64,000 nucleotides of DNA from Propionibacteriaceae bacterium (lineage in GTDB: Bacteria; Actinomycetota; Actinomycetes; Propionibacteriales; Propionibacteriaceae), in contig JAVTWJ010000059.1 in NCBI GenBank assembly GCA_032229785.1, forward strand, positions 55,713-119,712, read 5' to 3'. The stretch's first letter is position 1, and each line of letters opens with the position of its first letter. The notes under the pieces are model-generated. The model was not told where the DNA came from. It was given only the letters and a program-made list of their open reading frames with translations, and searched no databases. Of this stretch, positions 19,311 to 27,208 are shown in pieces. The translations under genes were made by a program, and so were the position numbers.

Positions 19311-19591
19311 CCTCGCTGTGCTGACCTCAGGGACCTGCTCACCCTAGCCGTGTGGTGCAAGTGCGCCCACACTCGGCGTCCATGTTCGTGGCGGCGTCCT
19401 CCGCCAACATTTCACTCTGCTCGTCACCTGCGCGGTCACGACGCCCGCCTGGCGGTTCAGGCGCGTCGCCCGGGGTTCCGCGCATGGATTCATCGTCAGT
19501 CTTTGTCGATCTCGCGCCACGTTCTCAAGCCGGACGCACGTGCACCGTTCACGCCGCCGAGTCGGCCCTCATCCTCGTCAAGCCCCGCGGC

Positions 19592-19597
19592 TAGACT
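19592..19597 (+). promoter_or_regulatory. Putative -10 box TAGACT, 6 nt before ATG 19604 (leaderless)
   Basis: TAGACTgcgcgcATG, no SD. Confidence 0.4.
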
Positions 19598-19603
19598 GCG
19601 CGC

Positions 19604-20206
19604 ATGACGCAGGCTGTTGATTTCTGGTTCGATCCGATGTGCCCCTGGGCCTGGATGACCTCCCGGTGGATGCTCGAGGTCGAGAAGGTCCGCGACGTGC
19701 ACACCGAGTTCCACGTGATGAGCCTGTCCGTGCTCAACGAGGGCCGCGAACTGCCCGAGGAGTACCGGGCGGCGATGGAGGCCGGCTGGGCGGGAGTCCG
19801 GGTCGCGCTGGCCGTCGAGCGCGACCACGGCCAAGCGGCGTTGCGCGCCTTCTACACCGCGATCGGAACCCGCTACCATCCCGGCGGCGAACCGCAGACC
19901 CGCGCGAGCATCCAGGCGGCGCTCGCCGACGCCGGACTGCCGGCGTCGCTGGCCGATTTCGGCGACACGGACGCCCACGACGACGAACTGCGGGCCAGCC
20001 ACCACGCGGGCATGGATCCGGTCGGCAACGAGGTCGGCACCCCGGTGATCCACATCAACGGGCAGGCGCTGTTCGGTCCCGTGATCAGCCCGGCACCGGT
20101 CGGCGAAGAGGCCGGGTCGCTGTTCGACGGCGTCGCGAAGGTGACCGCCTACCCGGGCTTCTTCGAGCTCAAGCGCAGCCGCACCGTCGGCCCGATCTTC
20201 GACTGA
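19604..20206 (+). CDS. DsbA-like thiol oxidoreductase, resembles mycothiol-dependent reductase Rv2466c (from memory), with a CPWA active-site motif
   Basis: ORF track 200 aa. [26 protein letters not shown]...[12 protein letters not shown]...[16 protein letters not shown]...[12 protein letters not shown]. Position between pepN and rpiB is as I recall for mycobacteria. Confidence 0.8.
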   Translation: MTQAVDFWFDPMCPWAWMTSRWMLEVEKVRDVHTEFHVMSLSVLNEGRELPEEYRAAMEAGWAGVRVALAVERDHGQAALRAFYTAIGTRYHPGGEPQTRASIQAALADAGLPASLADFGDTDAHDDELRASHHAGMDPVGNEVGTPVIHINGQALFGPVISPAPVGEEAGSLFDGVAKVTAYPGFFELKRSRTVGPIFD

Positions 20207-20238
20207 TCGTCGCGGGCATTCACAGGAGGGCCGATTCC

Positions 20239-20697
20239 ATGCGCATCCACATCGCCGCCGACCATGCCGCATTCGAGCTCAAGCAGTTCCTGGTCACCCA
20301 ACTGATCGCCCTCGGCCACGATGTTCTCGACCATGGCGCCCACCGCTACGACCCGAACGACGACTATCCGGTGTTCGTGATCCCGGCAGCCGAGGCGGTG
20401 GCCGCCGAGCCAGGCTCCCTGGGGGTGGTGCTGGGCGGGTCGGGCAACGGCGAGCAGATCGCCGCCAACAAGGTGCGCGGCGTGCGCGCGGCGCTGGCCT
20501 ACAACACGGTGATGGCGCGGCTGGGTCGCGAGCACAACAACGCGAACGTGCTCAGCCTCGGCGGACGCGGCCAGAGCCACGACGAGGCTCTCGCCATGGT
20601 GACGACGTTCGTGACGACCTCCTTCCCGGGCGAGGAGCGCCACCTCCGTAGGATCGCGATGCTCGACGGCTACGAGACCCGGCGCTGCGACCCGTGA
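20239..20697 (+). CDS. rpiB: Ribose-5-phosphate isomerase B
   Basis: ATG 20239 within ORF 19639..20697, with AGGAGGG SD upstream. MRIHIAADHAAFELK...GGSGNGEQIAANKVRGVRAA. Confidence 0.92.
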   Translation: MRIHIAADHAAFELKQFLVTQLIALGHDVLDHGAHRYDPNDDYPVFVIPAAEAVAAEPGSLGVVLGGSGNGEQIAANKVRGVRAALAYNTVMARLGREHNNANVLSLGGRGQSHDEALAMVTTFVTTSFPGEERHLRRIAMLDGYETRRCDP

Positions 20698-22028
20698 CGG
20701 CGCTCCCGGCGGAGCGCCCGGCGTCCGGGCCGAGCGGCGCTTTCGGACGCCTGCTCGGCGAGAGCGTCGCCTCGTTCGCGACGTTCGTGACCGGCGGCGT
20801 CCGCGTGCTCGCCCAGCACTGGCCCCAGCTGATCGGGCTGTTCCTCGCAGGCTGGGCCGCGCGCATGGCGCTGCTGTGGGGCGTCACCGTGGTGTCCGAC
20901 GTCAGCCCCACGGTCGCCGTGCTGGTGCTGCCGCTGGCGCCGATGGCGACGCTGCTGTCGCTGGTGCTGATGATGCGTGCGATGGCCCCGAGCCTGCCTT
21001 CGTTCAGCGGCGTCGTCGAGGCGACGCCTCCCGGGCAGCGCTGGCGTGATGACCTGCGTGCCGCCTCGCAGGTGCTGCTGCCGTTCCTCGCCGTGTACGC
21101 GTCGGCGGGCATGCTGCGCGAAGACGTGCGGGTCTTCCTCTACGACTCCACCAGCGACGAATGGCTCAATACCGCGCTCCAGGACATCGACTGGGGGCGC
21201 GCCGACTACGCGCCGGGCGGCACCATCGCGATCTTCATCGTCGTCGCCCTGATCGCGCGCAAGCTGATCACGGTGAAGGGGCTGGCGAAGCGGCATCTGG
21301 CGTGGGCGACTCTGGCGGTGTACGTCGAGGTGCTGTGGGTGATCACGCTGGCCAACGCGTTCTCGTCCGAGATCGGGCGGATCACCGACTGGGTGACCTC
21401 GCGCCAGCTCGTCGCGGGCGTCCTGCACTGGTGGGAGACGGCCGTCGCCTTCGTGCGCGGCCTCGGCGCGCCGGTCGCCGCCGTCGTGGACGCCGCGGGC
21501 GCGCTCGTCGCGAATCTGGGCGGCGTGGTCATCGTGCCGGTGGCGTGGCTGGCGATCGGCGCGGCGGTCTACGGCCATTCGCTTCGCTCGGACGGCCTGA
21601 AACTCGAGAGCCCCGAAGACATCAACCGCCGGATCCAGGCGATCCCGACGCCGGTGCGCCGCGTCGTCGGCCATGCGGTCGAGCCGGTCGCGTCGCCGGT
21701 GAAGAGCACGCTGTCGGCGATCGGCAAGATCGCGAGCGCGGGCGTCCTGCCGATGGTGATGTTCTGCCTCACCTTCGTGGTCGCCAACCAGCTGCAGCTG
21801 TTCGTGGCCTGGTCGGCGCGCCAGATCGTCGGCCCGGGCACCCAGGCCCGCAACTACGCGCTGGAGCCCTACATCCAGCTCGCCGAGCGCGGCGTCTACT
21901 TCGTCGTCGTCCTGTCGCTGCTGGCGGCCGCGGTCAACGCCGTGGTCTCGGCGCAGCGGACCGAGAAGGACGGGGCTAGGGCTAGGCGGGGAGCTCCAGC
22001 ACCAGGAACTCGGGGAGCGACCACATGA
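20694..22028 (+). CDS. Polytopic membrane protein, unknown function (444 aa)
   Basis: ORF track 444 aa. GTG start overlaps the rpiB stop (GTGA). Several hydrophobic segments. No motif I recognise. Confidence 0.6.
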   Translation: MTALPAERPASGPSGAFGRLLGESVASFATFVTGGVRVLAQHWPQLIGLFLAGWAARMALLWGVTVVSDVSPTVAVLVLPLAPMATLLSLVLMMRAMAPSLPSFSGVVEATPPGQRWRDDLRAASQVLLPFLAVYASAGMLREDVRVFLYDSTSDEWLNTALQDIDWGRADYAPGGTIAIFIVVALIARKLITVKGLAKRHLAWATLAVYVEVLWVITLANAFSSEIGRITDWVTSRQLVAGVLHWWETAVAFVRGLGAPVAAVVDAAGALVANLGGVVIVPVAWLAIGAAVYGHSLRSDGLKLESPEDINRRIQAIPTPVRRVVGHAVEPVASPVKSTLSAIGKIASAGVLPMVMFCLTFVVANQLQLFVAWSARQIVGPGTQARNYALEPYIQLAERGVYFVVVLSLLAAAVNAVVSAQRTEKDGARARRGAPAPGTRGATT

Positions 22029-22623
22029 TCCGGACCGACGTGGGCTCCACGCCGACCGGCATCGCGATCGCCACGGTCTGACGCCAGGACGGCGGGCGCT
22101 CGACCGGTGACGGCTCCAGCGCGCCGGTCAGGGGCGCCAGGCGGGGGCCGGGCGCGTCCGGCGGCACGCAGTCGATCAGGACCGGCGGAAGGAAGAAGCG
22201 TCCAGGGTCGGCCTGCTGCTGGCCGGCGCTGTGACCGTAGCGGGTGCCGTCCGCGTCCGCGAGCTCGACGGTGCAGCCGTCCAGGATCTGATCGGACGCC
22301 GCGCTCAGCTCGAGCTCGACCCGCCACAGCGTGCCGCCCGGCACCGCAGCCGCCCGGTCGACCTGCTGCTCGGGCGTGGCCGACAGGACGCGCACGGTGA
22401 CCTCCCGCGTCCGTTCGGCGTTGTCGAAGCCGCGGAACTCCTGACGCAGCGTCCCGGTCGTGGCGTGGGCCACGACCGGGCGCGACCACTCCCACGGCTG
22501 GTAGAGCCGCAGCATCCGGAACGAGGACGCCGCGACCGCCAGCCCCAGAAGCGGCAGCAGCAACGCCAGCCACAGCCGGTTGCGGCGCCACCAGACCGAG
22601 CGCGGGGGAGTCGGAGTCGTCAT
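21982..22623 (-). CDS. Membrane-anchored protein C of a paralogous trio (N-terminal TM helix plus beta-rich ectodomain, DUF4352-like pattern)
   Basis: ATG 22623 in ORF 21982..22677 (ATGA overlap with the upstream gene). MTTPTPPRSVWWRRNRLWLALLLPLLGLAVAASS..., then LWRVELELSAAS, LADADGTRY, WRQTVAIAMPV. Confidence 0.6.
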   Translation of the reverse strand: MTTPTPPRSVWWRRNRLWLALLLPLLGLAVAASSFRMLRLYQPWEWSRPVVAHATTGTLRQEFRGFDNAERTREVTVRVLSATPEQQVDRAAAVPGGTLWRVELELSAASDQILDGCTVELADADGTRYGHSAGQQQADPGRFFLPPVLIDCVPPDAPGPRLAPLTGALEPSPVERPPSWRQTVAIAMPVGVEPTSVRIMWSLPEFLVLELPA

Positions 22624-23204
22624 GGCTGCACCACCGCAGATTCCAACAGGGCGATCACGGTGGTGGACGCCGCCCACCGCGCCGCCTGCTCGGGCGTGAT
22701 GCCCAGATCGATGTCGGCCACATCGTCGGCGATGCCGGTGGAGGATCCCGCCGGGATCCGGAGGCGGGCGCCCGCGGCGGCGTCCGCGCTCACCTCGAAC
22801 GGAAGCTGGCAGCGCACCGGCAGTCCCGGCTGGGCAGGACCGCAGTTGTTGGCGACCGGCTGAAAGCCGCCGAAGACGCGCCCGTCCTCGGCGACGATCT
22901 CGGGGGCCGAGCCGGCCAGCATGGACGCCTGCCCGCGCGGCGCCCAGTCGACCTCCACGACCACGAACACGCCCGGTGTCTGCGCGGTGGAGGAGAAGAC
23001 ACGAACGAGCCGCGACCCGTCCACGCCGCGCACGGTGACGTCGGCCGTCCGGAGCTCGATCGTGTCGCCGACGGCGCCCTCGCGCACGAACGGCGCCTCG
23101 AGCACGGCCGACGGCTGGGGGAGGCGGTCGGTGAGGGACGACCCCACGAACAGTGCCGCGACGACCAGGACGGCGGTCAGGAGTCCTTCGCGTGTCAGCC
23201 GCAT
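22620..23204 (-). CDS. Membrane-anchored protein B of the paralogous trio (DUF4352-like pattern)
   Basis: ATG 23204 in ORF 22620..23723 (TGATG overlap with the upstream gene). MRLTREGLLTAVLVVAALFVGSS..., then GDTIELRTADVTVRGV, GVFVVVEVDWAP, IVAEDGRVF, QPGLPVRCQLPFEV. Confidence 0.6.
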   Translation of the reverse strand: MRLTREGLLTAVLVVAALFVGSSLTDRLPQPSAVLEAPFVREGAVGDTIELRTADVTVRGVDGSRLVRVFSSTAQTPGVFVVVEVDWAPRGQASMLAGSAPEIVAEDGRVFGGFQPVANNCGPAQPGLPVRCQLPFEVSADAAAGARLRIPAGSSTGIADDVADIDLGITPEQAARWAASTTVIALLESAVVQP

Positions 23205-23872
23205 CACGCCTCCTCGACCGGCTCGACCGGCAAGGTGACGTGGGCCACCGGGGTCGGGTCGAACCAGCCCAGCGAGCCGTCCATGCTGGAGAGTCGCTGC
23301 GTGTGTCGCGCGAGGGTCATCGTCACCGTCGCGGGGATCGGCGCTCGGGCGTCCTGCTGCCAGACCAGGATGACCGCGCCGGTGAGGCCCGGCTGGAACG
23401 TTCGTTGGCTGAGGCCGTCGTCGAGGCGCAGGACCAGGGGGCGACGGGTCCGCTCGCCAGAGGACAGCAGGTCGGTGCGCAGACCCGGAGCGTCGAGCTC
23501 GGCGGCCTGGGCGAGCACGGAGCCGTCGACGTGGGCGTCCTGGGTGTTCGTGACGTCCGCCACGACCATCAGGTAGCGGAAGCCGTCCTCGCGGCGCAGG
23601 ACCGTCGTGACCGAATCGGCCACCCGCGCCCGCCGCGCGGAGACCTCGAAGGGTGCCGCCGACACCGGCGTGCGAGGATCGGCGACGCCGATCGCAGTCT
23701 CTTCGGCCGAGACGGCGTCCCACCCACCGAACAGGCTGGCGATCCCGATCCCGGCCAGCGCGAGCACCAGCAACAGGCGTTGTGGCGTGAAGACGTCCGC
23801 CACCAAGGCGTACCAGGCCCGCGCGCGCTGCCGGCGCGTGGGTAGCGCGCGTCGGGGTCGTTGGTCCGCCAC
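23204..23872 (-). CDS. Membrane-anchored protein A of the paralogous trio (DUF4352-like pattern)
   Basis: GTG 23872 in ORF 23204..24547. The rest of that ORF is antisense to nei. TM segment LLLVLALAGIGIASLFGG, then APFEVSARRARV, YLMVVADVTNT, LRLDDG, QPGLTGAVILVW. TAGGAT box 7 nt upstream of the GTG. Confidence 0.55.
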   Translation of the reverse strand: MADQRPRRALPTRRQRARAWYALVADVFTPQRLLLVLALAGIGIASLFGGWDAVSAEETAIGVADPRTPVSAAPFEVSARRARVADSVTTVLRREDGFRYLMVVADVTNTQDAHVDGSVLAQAAELDAPGLRTDLLSSGERTRRPLVLRLDDGLSQRTFQPGLTGAVILVWQQDARAPIPATVTMTLARHTQRLSSMDGSLGWFDPTPVAHVTLPVEPVEEA

Positions 23873-23879
23873 GGCGGCG

Positions 23880-23898
23880 ATCCTAGCTGGGTTAGAGT
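23880..23898. promoter_or_regulatory. Back-to-back divergent putative -10 boxes: TAGGAT (minus, 23885-23880; 7 nt before GTG 23872) and TAGAGT (plus, 23893-23898; 7 nt before nei ATG 23906)
   Basis: Only 33 nt separate the two divergent start codons. Each has a TANNNT box at leaderless spacing. Confidence 0.45.
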
Positions 23899-23905
23899 GC
23901 TCGGC

Positions 23906-24736
23906 ATGCCGGAGGGACACGTGATTCACCGCCTGGCGCGCGCGCTGACCGAGTCCTTCGGCGGACGGCCCGTCGGGGTGTCCTCGCCGCAGGGGAGGTT
24001 CGCCGACGAGGCGCAGCTGCTCGACGGCCGGATCCTCGAAGGCGCGGACGCCGTCGGCAAGCACCTGCTGATCGACGTCGAGCCGGGCACCGTGTGGATT
24101 CACCTCGGCCTGATCGGAAAGCTCCTGTTCAACGACCAGTTCCCGCCTCCCTACCCGGGCACGCTCCGGCTGAGGGTCAGCGACGGCACCTCCGCCGCCG
24201 ACCTGCGGGGCCCCCAGTGGTGCCGGCTGGTCACCCCCGCCCAGCGCGCCGCGGTGGTGGCCGCCTCGGGCCCCGACCCGCTCCGGGCGGACGCCGACCC
24301 GGACCAGGCCTGGAGGCTGGTGAGCCGGACGCGACGTCCGATCGCCGCGGTCCTCATGGACCAGAAGGCGTTCGCCGGCGTGGGGAACATCTTCCGCGCC
24401 GAGGTGCTGTACCGGCACCATCTCGACCCGTACCTGCCCGCGGCCGACGTGCCGCGCGACGTCTTCGACGCGGTGTGGGCCGACCTCGTCGTGCTCATGC
24501 ACGCCGCGCTCGGTGTGGGCCGGATCGACACCGTCGCCGAGGAGCACTCACCCGAGGCGACAGGGCGCCCCGCCCGCGTCGACCGACACGGGGGAGAGGT
24601 CTACGTCTACCGGCGGGCCGGCCTGCCCTGCCATGCGTGCGGGACGGCCGTCGCCCGGGCGGAACTGGCCGGCCGCAACCTGTACTGGTGCCCGGTCTGC
24701 CAGCCGGCCGGATCCCGCGGGACGGTGCGGTCGTGA
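23906..24736 (+). CDS. nei: Endonuclease VIII / Fpg-Nei family DNA glycosylase
   Basis: ATG 23906 in ORF 23861..24736 gives the canonical N-terminus MPEGHVIHR (catalytic Pro2, Glu3). C-terminal zinc finger CHACGTAVARAELAGRNLYWCPVCQ. Confidence 0.9.
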   Translation: MPEGHVIHRLARALTESFGGRPVGVSSPQGRFADEAQLLDGRILEGADAVGKHLLIDVEPGTVWIHLGLIGKLLFNDQFPPPYPGTLRLRVSDGTSAADLRGPQWCRLVTPAQRAAVVAASGPDPLRADADPDQAWRLVSRTRRPIAAVLMDQKAFAGVGNIFRAEVLYRHHLDPYLPAADVPRDVFDAVWADLVVLMHAALGVGRIDTVAEEHSPEATGRPARVDRHGGEVYVYRRAGLPCHACGTAVARAELAGRNLYWCPVCQPAGSRGTVRS

Positions 24737-26184
24737 AGGTCGATGTGAGCTGGCGGGTCACGGCCGGCGGGCGCGGGCTGGCGGTGACCGGCGACGGAGC
24801 GCCCCTGGCCGAGTTCGCGTTCGGACTGCCGGCCGGCGAGCGGGTGACCGCCCTGTTCGACGAACTCGACGGGCTGCGGCACACCGAGGGCTCCTGGGAG
24901 GCGTGCCTGCGGCACTTTCCCTCCGACGACGGCTGGTCGAGCGTCCTCTCCCTCGACAACCGGTCGCCCGACGAGCAGCCGCTGCCGCCCCTCGGCGTGG
25001 CCGTCACCCTCGCTCCCGGCGCGAGCGGGTGGGCGTGGGCGTCCGACACCGACGGTTTCTGGGTGATCGCGCCGGCCTCGGGGCCGTGCCTGCTGATGGT
25101 GATGCGGCGCGGGTTCCTCAGGGCCGGACGCCGCACGCCGGTGTTCGCCGCGTCCGACCGGCGCGGCGACGGACTGCCGGCGGGTGTCGCCGCCTTCCAC
25201 CTCGCCGACCCCGACGGGGTGCTGAGCGGGTTCGGACGCCACCAGACCACCTTGGAGTTCTCGGTGGTCGCCAGCATCGAGGACGCCCGCGGCGCGCTTC
25301 CCGGGTGGCTGCCCGAACTGGTGCACGCCGCCGGCGATCCGTTCGTGCTCGACCTGCCCGACCAGGCGGTCGTTCCGGGGCCGGGTCTGCACCTGACCAC
25401 CGAGGGCACGGTCTCCGTCTTGAGTGGAGCTCCGGGCCATCACGAGGTAGCCGTGCACGGTGTGCGGGGCGTGCAGCGGCTGCAGTTGTCGACCACGCCC
25501 GACATGGAGCCGTTCCTGGCCGATCTGGCCACCGCGCTGACGTCCACCCGCCCCTCGGCGATGCCGTCCGCGACCGCGGCGTTGATCGCCTGCGCGTTGG
25601 CGCGACGCTCGATCCACGACCCCGACGCCGCCCTCGACTGGCTCGAACGGGAGGACTGGCTGATCCGCGGCGACGTGTTCGGTCCGGCGATCGCGGCCAT
25701 CGTGGCCAATGAGACGCTCGACGACGCGCTGCTGGGCGCCGCCTGCGAGGCGGTCCTCGCCCTGCCGCCGCAGCGCGGGCGGGGCCTCGTGGCGACGCGC
25801 TGCTGGCTGTCGACGCTGCGCGCCGGCTACCCGCCGCTGGATCTCAGCCGCGTGCTGGCCGATATCGATGCGGCCGACCCGATCGCGCGCCTCGAGACGG
25901 CCGTCCTGAGCGACGGCGACGCGGTCGCCGGCGAACCGACCGCCCGCCAACTGGTGCGCCGACTCGGCGGCAGCCTGCCGGGCGCCCCCATGGGCCTGCC
26001 CGAGGCGGACGCCGGCCTCGCCGTGGCGCTGCTGCGGCTCGCCCCCGAGAAATGGGACGTCCGGGAGGCCGCGCTTGTGGCGTCCGAGAAAGCGGCGAAC
26101 CTGCTGCTCGCCGACCATGCGTCCGGCCTGCACCCCGGCTACGAGGGACTGGCGTGGATGCTGCTCGGCGAGATCGGCGCCTGA
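24733..26184 (+). CDS. Hypothetical cytoplasmic protein (483 aa), translationally coupled to nei
   Basis: GTG 24733 in frame within ORF 24094..26184, overlapping the nei stop (GTGA). Strong G/C third-position bias. No TM segment and no motif I recognise. Confidence 0.55.
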   Translation: MKVDVSWRVTAGGRGLAVTGDGAPLAEFAFGLPAGERVTALFDELDGLRHTEGSWEACLRHFPSDDGWSSVLSLDNRSPDEQPLPPLGVAVTLAPGASGWAWASDTDGFWVIAPASGPCLLMVMRRGFLRAGRRTPVFAASDRRGDGLPAGVAAFHLADPDGVLSGFGRHQTTLEFSVVASIEDARGALPGWLPELVHAAGDPFVLDLPDQAVVPGPGLHLTTEGTVSVLSGAPGHHEVAVHGVRGVQRLQLSTTPDMEPFLADLATALTSTRPSAMPSATAALIACALARRSIHDPDAALDWLEREDWLIRGDVFGPAIAAIVANETLDDALLGAACEAVLALPPQRGRGLVATRCWLSTLRAGYPPLDLSRVLADIDAADPIARLETAVLSDGDAVAGEPTARQLVRRLGGSLPGAPMGLPEADAGLAVALLRLAPEKWDVREAALVASEKAANLLLADHASGLHPGYEGLAWMLLGEIGA

Positions 26185-26480
26185 GGGCCTGTCAGGCCAC
26201 GGTGGCACGAGATCGGCGTGTCGTCGGTCCCTCCGCCTGCGACGTGCCGGACTCGTCATCGGGAGTCACCTCGCCTGGCGTCCCTGATGAGCCGCTGACG
26301 GCGTGCACGCTCGTGACGAGTCCGGCTTGTTCGTCGGCGAGCGTGGTGAGCGAGAGGGGAACGACCCGTGGTGCATGCACGCCGGGACGTGAGGCGCCGC
26401 CTGTCATGTCTCATGCTGCGCTCGGGCCGGACCTGAGCCAAGCTGGACGATGAAATGAACGTGGCCGGTCTACCGAACGT

Positions 26481-26505
26481 CCGGACGGGGTCACCCCGAA
26501 TCCGG
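26481..26505. other. GC-rich hairpin CCGGA-CGGGG-TCA-CCCCG-AA-TCCGG abutting the left palindromic element
   Basis: Read directly from the sequence. Lies downstream of the minus-strand VOC gene, so it may act as a terminator. Confidence 0.4.
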
Positions 26506-26552
26506 AGAGTGAAAGGGTGTGGTCGGTAGACCAACCACACCCTTTCATCGTC
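26505..26552. repeat. ~48-bp palindromic element, left copy (GAGAGTGAAAGGGTGTGGTCGGTAGACCAACCACACCCTTTCATCGTC)
   Basis: Internal 14-bp perfect arms TGAAAGGGTGTGGT / ACCACACCCTTTCA. 42/48 identical to the reverse complement of 27135-27182. The asymmetric flanks (GAGAG versus GACGAT) show the two copies are inverted. Confidence 0.8.
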
Positions 26553-26620
26553 AGGCCACGGACGCCGCCCGCCCCGAGCGTGCGCGGGACCCAGGCGGTC
26601 GTACCCGAGTTGTCCGGTGC

Positions 26621-26983
26621 TCAGGCCTCGGTGCGGCCCTCGTAGAGGCCGATGTGGTTGCCGTCGGGGTCGTCGAAGGCCGCGAACCAACTCGTCTCGT
26701 CGATGGCGGTCTTCGGCATCGTCACGACGCCGCCGAGGTCGGCCGCCTTCGCGAGGACGTCGTCGATCGAATCGACCTCGACGTAGGACCGCGGCTGCGT
26801 GAAACCCTCGCCGCGCGGCGCCAGCCCGCCGCCGCTGATCGTGTTGGGCGCCTGCCACATCGGGTAGCCCTCGAAGCCGGGAATCTCCGCGATCTGCCAT
26901 CCGAACAGGCCCGAGTAGAACGCGGCGCCCTTCGCGAGGTCGGACACCGGGATGTCGATGTGGGTGATGTCACCGTGAGCCAT
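26621..26983 (-). CDS. VOC (glyoxalase/bleomycin-resistance/dioxygenase) family protein, 120 aa
   Basis: ATG 26983 in ORF 26621..27169, with GAGGAGG SD upstream. MAHGDITHIDIPVSDLAKGAAFYSGLFGWQI...DPDGNHIGLYE is a typical VOC fold signature. Confidence 0.8.
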   Translation of the reverse strand: MAHGDITHIDIPVSDLAKGAAFYSGLFGWQIAEIPGFEGYPMWQAPNTISGGGLAPRGEGFTQPRSYVEVDSIDDVLAKAADLGGVVTMPKTAIDETSWFAAFDDPDGNHIGLYEGRTEA

Positions 26984-27133
26984 GACTGCCTCCTCATGAA
27001 CGAGGTCGCCCACGCTACGCGCTCGTCCGGCACAGCGGAAGACCCGCCGAGGACGCCGCTGTCGGTCACGCACAACCCTGAGTTGCGCCGGCCATCGACG
27101 GATCACGGGGGTGAGGTCGTCCGGGGCGATCAC

Positions 27134-27182
27134 GACGATGAAAGACGGTGGTTGGTCGACCGACCCCACTCTTTCACTCTCC
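27134..27182. repeat. ~48-bp palindromic element, right copy, inverted relative to 26505-26552
   Basis: GACGATGAAAGACGGTGGTTGGTCGACCGACCCCACTCTTTCACTCTCC. Central GGTCGACC palindrome. Ends 26 nt from the 3' end of tRNA-Pro. Confidence 0.8.
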
Positions 27183-27208
27183 GCCGCCGCGTCTCCGGGA
27201 TCGATCGG

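Noticed and set aside
26284-26304. CTGATGA followed by a GCCG-CTGA-CGGC hairpin, reminiscent of a hammerhead ribozyme core
   Set aside because: The required GAAA element and stem III / cleavage-site context are absent downstream of the hairpin. It looks like a chance match.
26192-26407. 71-aa minus-strand ORF whose LTTLADEQAGLVTS segment vaguely recalls N-termini of AbiEi/DUF559-type proteins
   Set aside because: It has weaker third-position G/C bias than real genes here and no SD. The resemblance is only a few residues. It is kept as a possible remnant under the 26185-26504 finding, not called as a gene.
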